Shown: positions 61,187 through 62,883 of the stretch, in pieces
Numbering within the stretch: position 1 is the stretch's first letter
Layout of the letters: every line of letters begins with the position of its first letter
Assembly: GCA_964250215.1 (NCBI GenBank)
Contig: CAXUEX010000001.1
Span: 12,015 to 74,897 of the forward strand
Direction: 5' to 3'
Length of the DNA: 62,883 bases
DNA from: an uncultured Acetobacteraceae bacterium
Lineage (GTDB): Bacteria; Pseudomonadota; Alphaproteobacteria; Acetobacterales; Acetobacteraceae
Notes under the pieces: model-generated
The model's input: only the letters and a program-made list of their open reading frames with translations
The model's database searches: none
What the model was told of the DNA's origin: nothing
Made by a program: the position numbers and the translations under genes

Positions 61187-61368
61187 CGGTGGGCGTCCTG
61201 CCCGGTAAGCGCGACCTTGGCAAGCCGGCCGGCGCAAACGGCAGCCTCCGCTTCGCCTCCATGGTCACGCGGCGGCCCTGGACGAGGGCTTCGGCGCCCT
61301 GTATCAGGCCCGCTTTGCGCGCCCGCTTCCTTCTTCGAGACGCGCGGCCAACTCGTTATGGGACGGCA

Positions 61369-62781
61369 GTGAATCTGAGAAATCAAGATGCCGCAGCGAT
61401 CGTGGCCGCGGCCGTGGCGATCGCGGCGGCGCTGTTCGTTCGGCTCGCTCTCGCGTTCGAATATCCGCTGCCATGGGGCGACGAGGCGGCGTTCCTGTCC
61501 CAGGCCGTCGCGCTTGCCCATCATGGCACGCTTTATGTCGAGGCACTCAATCCCGACCGCATCCTGATGTGGATGCCGCCAGGCTACATGGTGGTTACCG
61601 CGGCGTTCTTCAAAATCTTTGGCTACAGTTTCGCCTTCGCTCGCTGGCTCTCCACCATCTTCTATATGGGTTTTGCGCTCGTCGCAATCCGGCTCACCCT
61701 GCCGCACGTCAAAGGATTTCCGAAGCTGTTGGTGCTGATTGCTGCGATAACAGTATTCGTCACGCCATATGTTCTTTTCATCGCCAATATTGCCCGCATG
61801 GAAAGCCTTTTTGCACTCGGCGTAGCGTTATCACTCATGCTCGCCATCGCAAACCGGCCGGTGCTGGGCGGCAGCATCGTCCTCGCGCTGCTTACCGTGC
61901 ACCCCAATGCCGTATATTTCTTTATGCCCTATGGCATTTTCGGGCTCGTCTGCCTGGTTCGGCGCGAGCGGCCAAGGTTTGGCGCGGCCGAAGCGGTTGC
62001 CACCGTGGCGGCGTTCTTGGTGCTGCTGATGTATGCCGCTTTCGCGGTGGCGCAGCGCGCCGGGTTTGTCTACGATATGCGGTGGCAGTTCGCGCTCAAA
62101 GCTGTGCAGCCCTTTGTAGGCACCACGCTGGAAATCGTCGTCCTGCTGCTCATGGCGCTGCTTGCCCTCGCGCAGCTTTTCTACTTTCGTCAGCTCAACC
62201 GGCAAGTCTGGCTGACGCTCTACGGCGTAAGCTTCTTTTTCATGCCGCTCTATGGTCAGACGATGGTTTATCGTTTCGGCTATTCCGTGAGCCTGCTGCT
62301 GGTGATGGCAAGCCTTGCGGCGACCGTGCCGGTGCTGCCGCTTCGCACGACGCGTCTGGCGGCGATCGCTGCGTGCTTGTTTCTGCTGTGGGATCTTGGG
62401 CAGTTCGCCACCGTGCCTGCGCCTAACACGGCGCCGGTCCCGATACTGGCCAGCAAGCGCGTGATTTCGCGCGGCGACCTGAAAATGGTGCATCGTTTCA
62501 TCCGCGGCCTGCCGCCCGGCACGGCGGTTTCGTTCGCCTGGGGATTCAACGGTATCGAGCCGTTCTTCTTCAACGATTTTGACGCCTCCGGCGCGCATTG
62601 GACAATGCACACCCACGGCGCAACCGTGGGGCTGCCCGAGCGTCGCGCCGACTGGCGGATCACCTGTGACAGTTCGCTTTACGCGCCGATGATTGGGCCG
62701 AATTTCGATTTCGACTACAAGCGCGTAGGCGCCGACAGCGGTTGCAAGATTGTGCGTTGGCAAAGTTCCAAACCGTCTTGA
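61369..62781 (+). CDS. GT-C fold (ArnT/PMT, GT39/GT83-like) membrane glycosyltransferase candidate
   Basis: First periplasmic loop YPLPWGDEAAFLSQA (acidic DE motif) and >10 TM helices. C-terminal soluble ~100 aa. Start (GTG 61369) is uncertain; the track ORF begins at 61189. Confidence 0.55.
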   Translation: MNLRNQDAAAIVAAAVAIAAALFVRLALAFEYPLPWGDEAAFLSQAVALAHHGTLYVEALNPDRILMWMPPGYMVVTAAFFKIFGYSFAFARWLSTIFYMGFALVAIRLTLPHVKGFPKLLVLIAAITVFVTPYVLFIANIARMESLFALGVALSLMLAIANRPVLGGSIVLALLTVHPNAVYFFMPYGIFGLVCLVRRERPRFGAAEAVATVAAFLVLLMYAAFAVAQRAGFVYDMRWQFALKAVQPFVGTTLEIVVLLLMALLALAQLFYFRQLNRQVWLTLYGVSFFFMPLYGQTMVYRFGYSVSLLLVMASLAATVPVLPLRTTRLAAIAACLFLLWDLGQFATVPAPNTAPVPILASKRVISRGDLKMVHRFIRGLPPGTAVSFAWGFNGIEPFFFNDFDASGAHWTMHTHGATVGLPERRADWRITCDSSLYAPMIGPNFDFDYKRVGADSGCKIVRWQSSKPS

Positions 62782-62803
62782 GCGCCGCCGCACGTCAATT
62801 CCC

Positions 62804-62883
62804 TCAGCCGTGCAGCCAGATCCAGCCTGCCCAGATTGCCGCAGCCAGGTACGGCCCGAACGGCAGCCGCCACGCGAGCTTAG
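62804..62883 (-). CDS. 3' end of a prepilin peptidase (A24 family)-like gene, truncated by the window edge
   Basis: The reverse strand reads ...KLAWRLPFGPYLAAAIWAGWIWLHG*. PFGP(F/Y)LA is the conserved C-terminal motif of PilD/CpaA-type peptidases. Only 25 codons are visible. Confidence 0.4.
   Translation of the reverse strand, partial: KLAWRLPFGPYLAAAIWAGWIWLHG

Overview
This is a high-GC chromosomal segment. Its synteny (mdh-sucCD, glnB-glnA, glmU-glmS, psd, acs) looks alphaproteobacterial, which is an inference. I call about 57 protein-coding genes. I recognised no rRNA, tRNA, CRISPR array, transposase or integrase.

Housekeeping blocks:
- acs
- glmU-glmS
- glnB-glnA, each with a sigma54-type promoter
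- mdh-sucC-sucD
- psd
- an aminotransferase

Accessory blocks:
1. 2.8-9.1 kb: a seven-gene, translationally coupled cytoplasmic glyco-operon of unknown product. It encodes a CgeB-like GT, a sugar nucleotidyltransferase, two SAM methyltransferases, a GH-A-like hydrolase that looks circularly permuted, a GT4 and a CelD/FemAB-like GNAT. It lies convergent with an inositol-3-phosphate synthase.
2. 18.2-23.4 kb: tandem PstS/DING-like binding proteins next to a DUF1800/DUF1501 pair.
3. 24.9-31.9 kb: a polyamine uptake/catabolism operon with a Tat-signal SpdH-like oxidoreductase.
4. 32.0-37.3 kb: a DUF1302 / YCF48-like / RND exporter operon with no DUF1329 gene.
5. 37.5-38.4 kb: an orphan ClpP paralogue with an apparent Ser-His-Asn triad, beside a hyper-acidic small protein carrying an SFPASDPP motif.
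6. 48.8-51.5 kb: pspF plus a sigma54-driven psp operon that opens with an unannotated 64-aa tail-anchored ORF.
7. 56.5-62.8 kb: a visibly lower-GC surface-glycan modification island (acyltransferase-3, large membrane protein, GtrA, GT2, ICMT-type methyltransferase, divergent GT-C-like protein).

An AT-rich palindromic repeat of about 40 bp occurs four times in intergenic spacers.

Many long ORFs in the track are antisense or out-of-frame shadows typical of high-GC DNA, and I rejected them. Gene starts were refined by codon arithmetic from the ORF track. Coordinates of small motifs should be treated as +/-2 nt. Family assignments come from motif recognition by eye, not from database searches.
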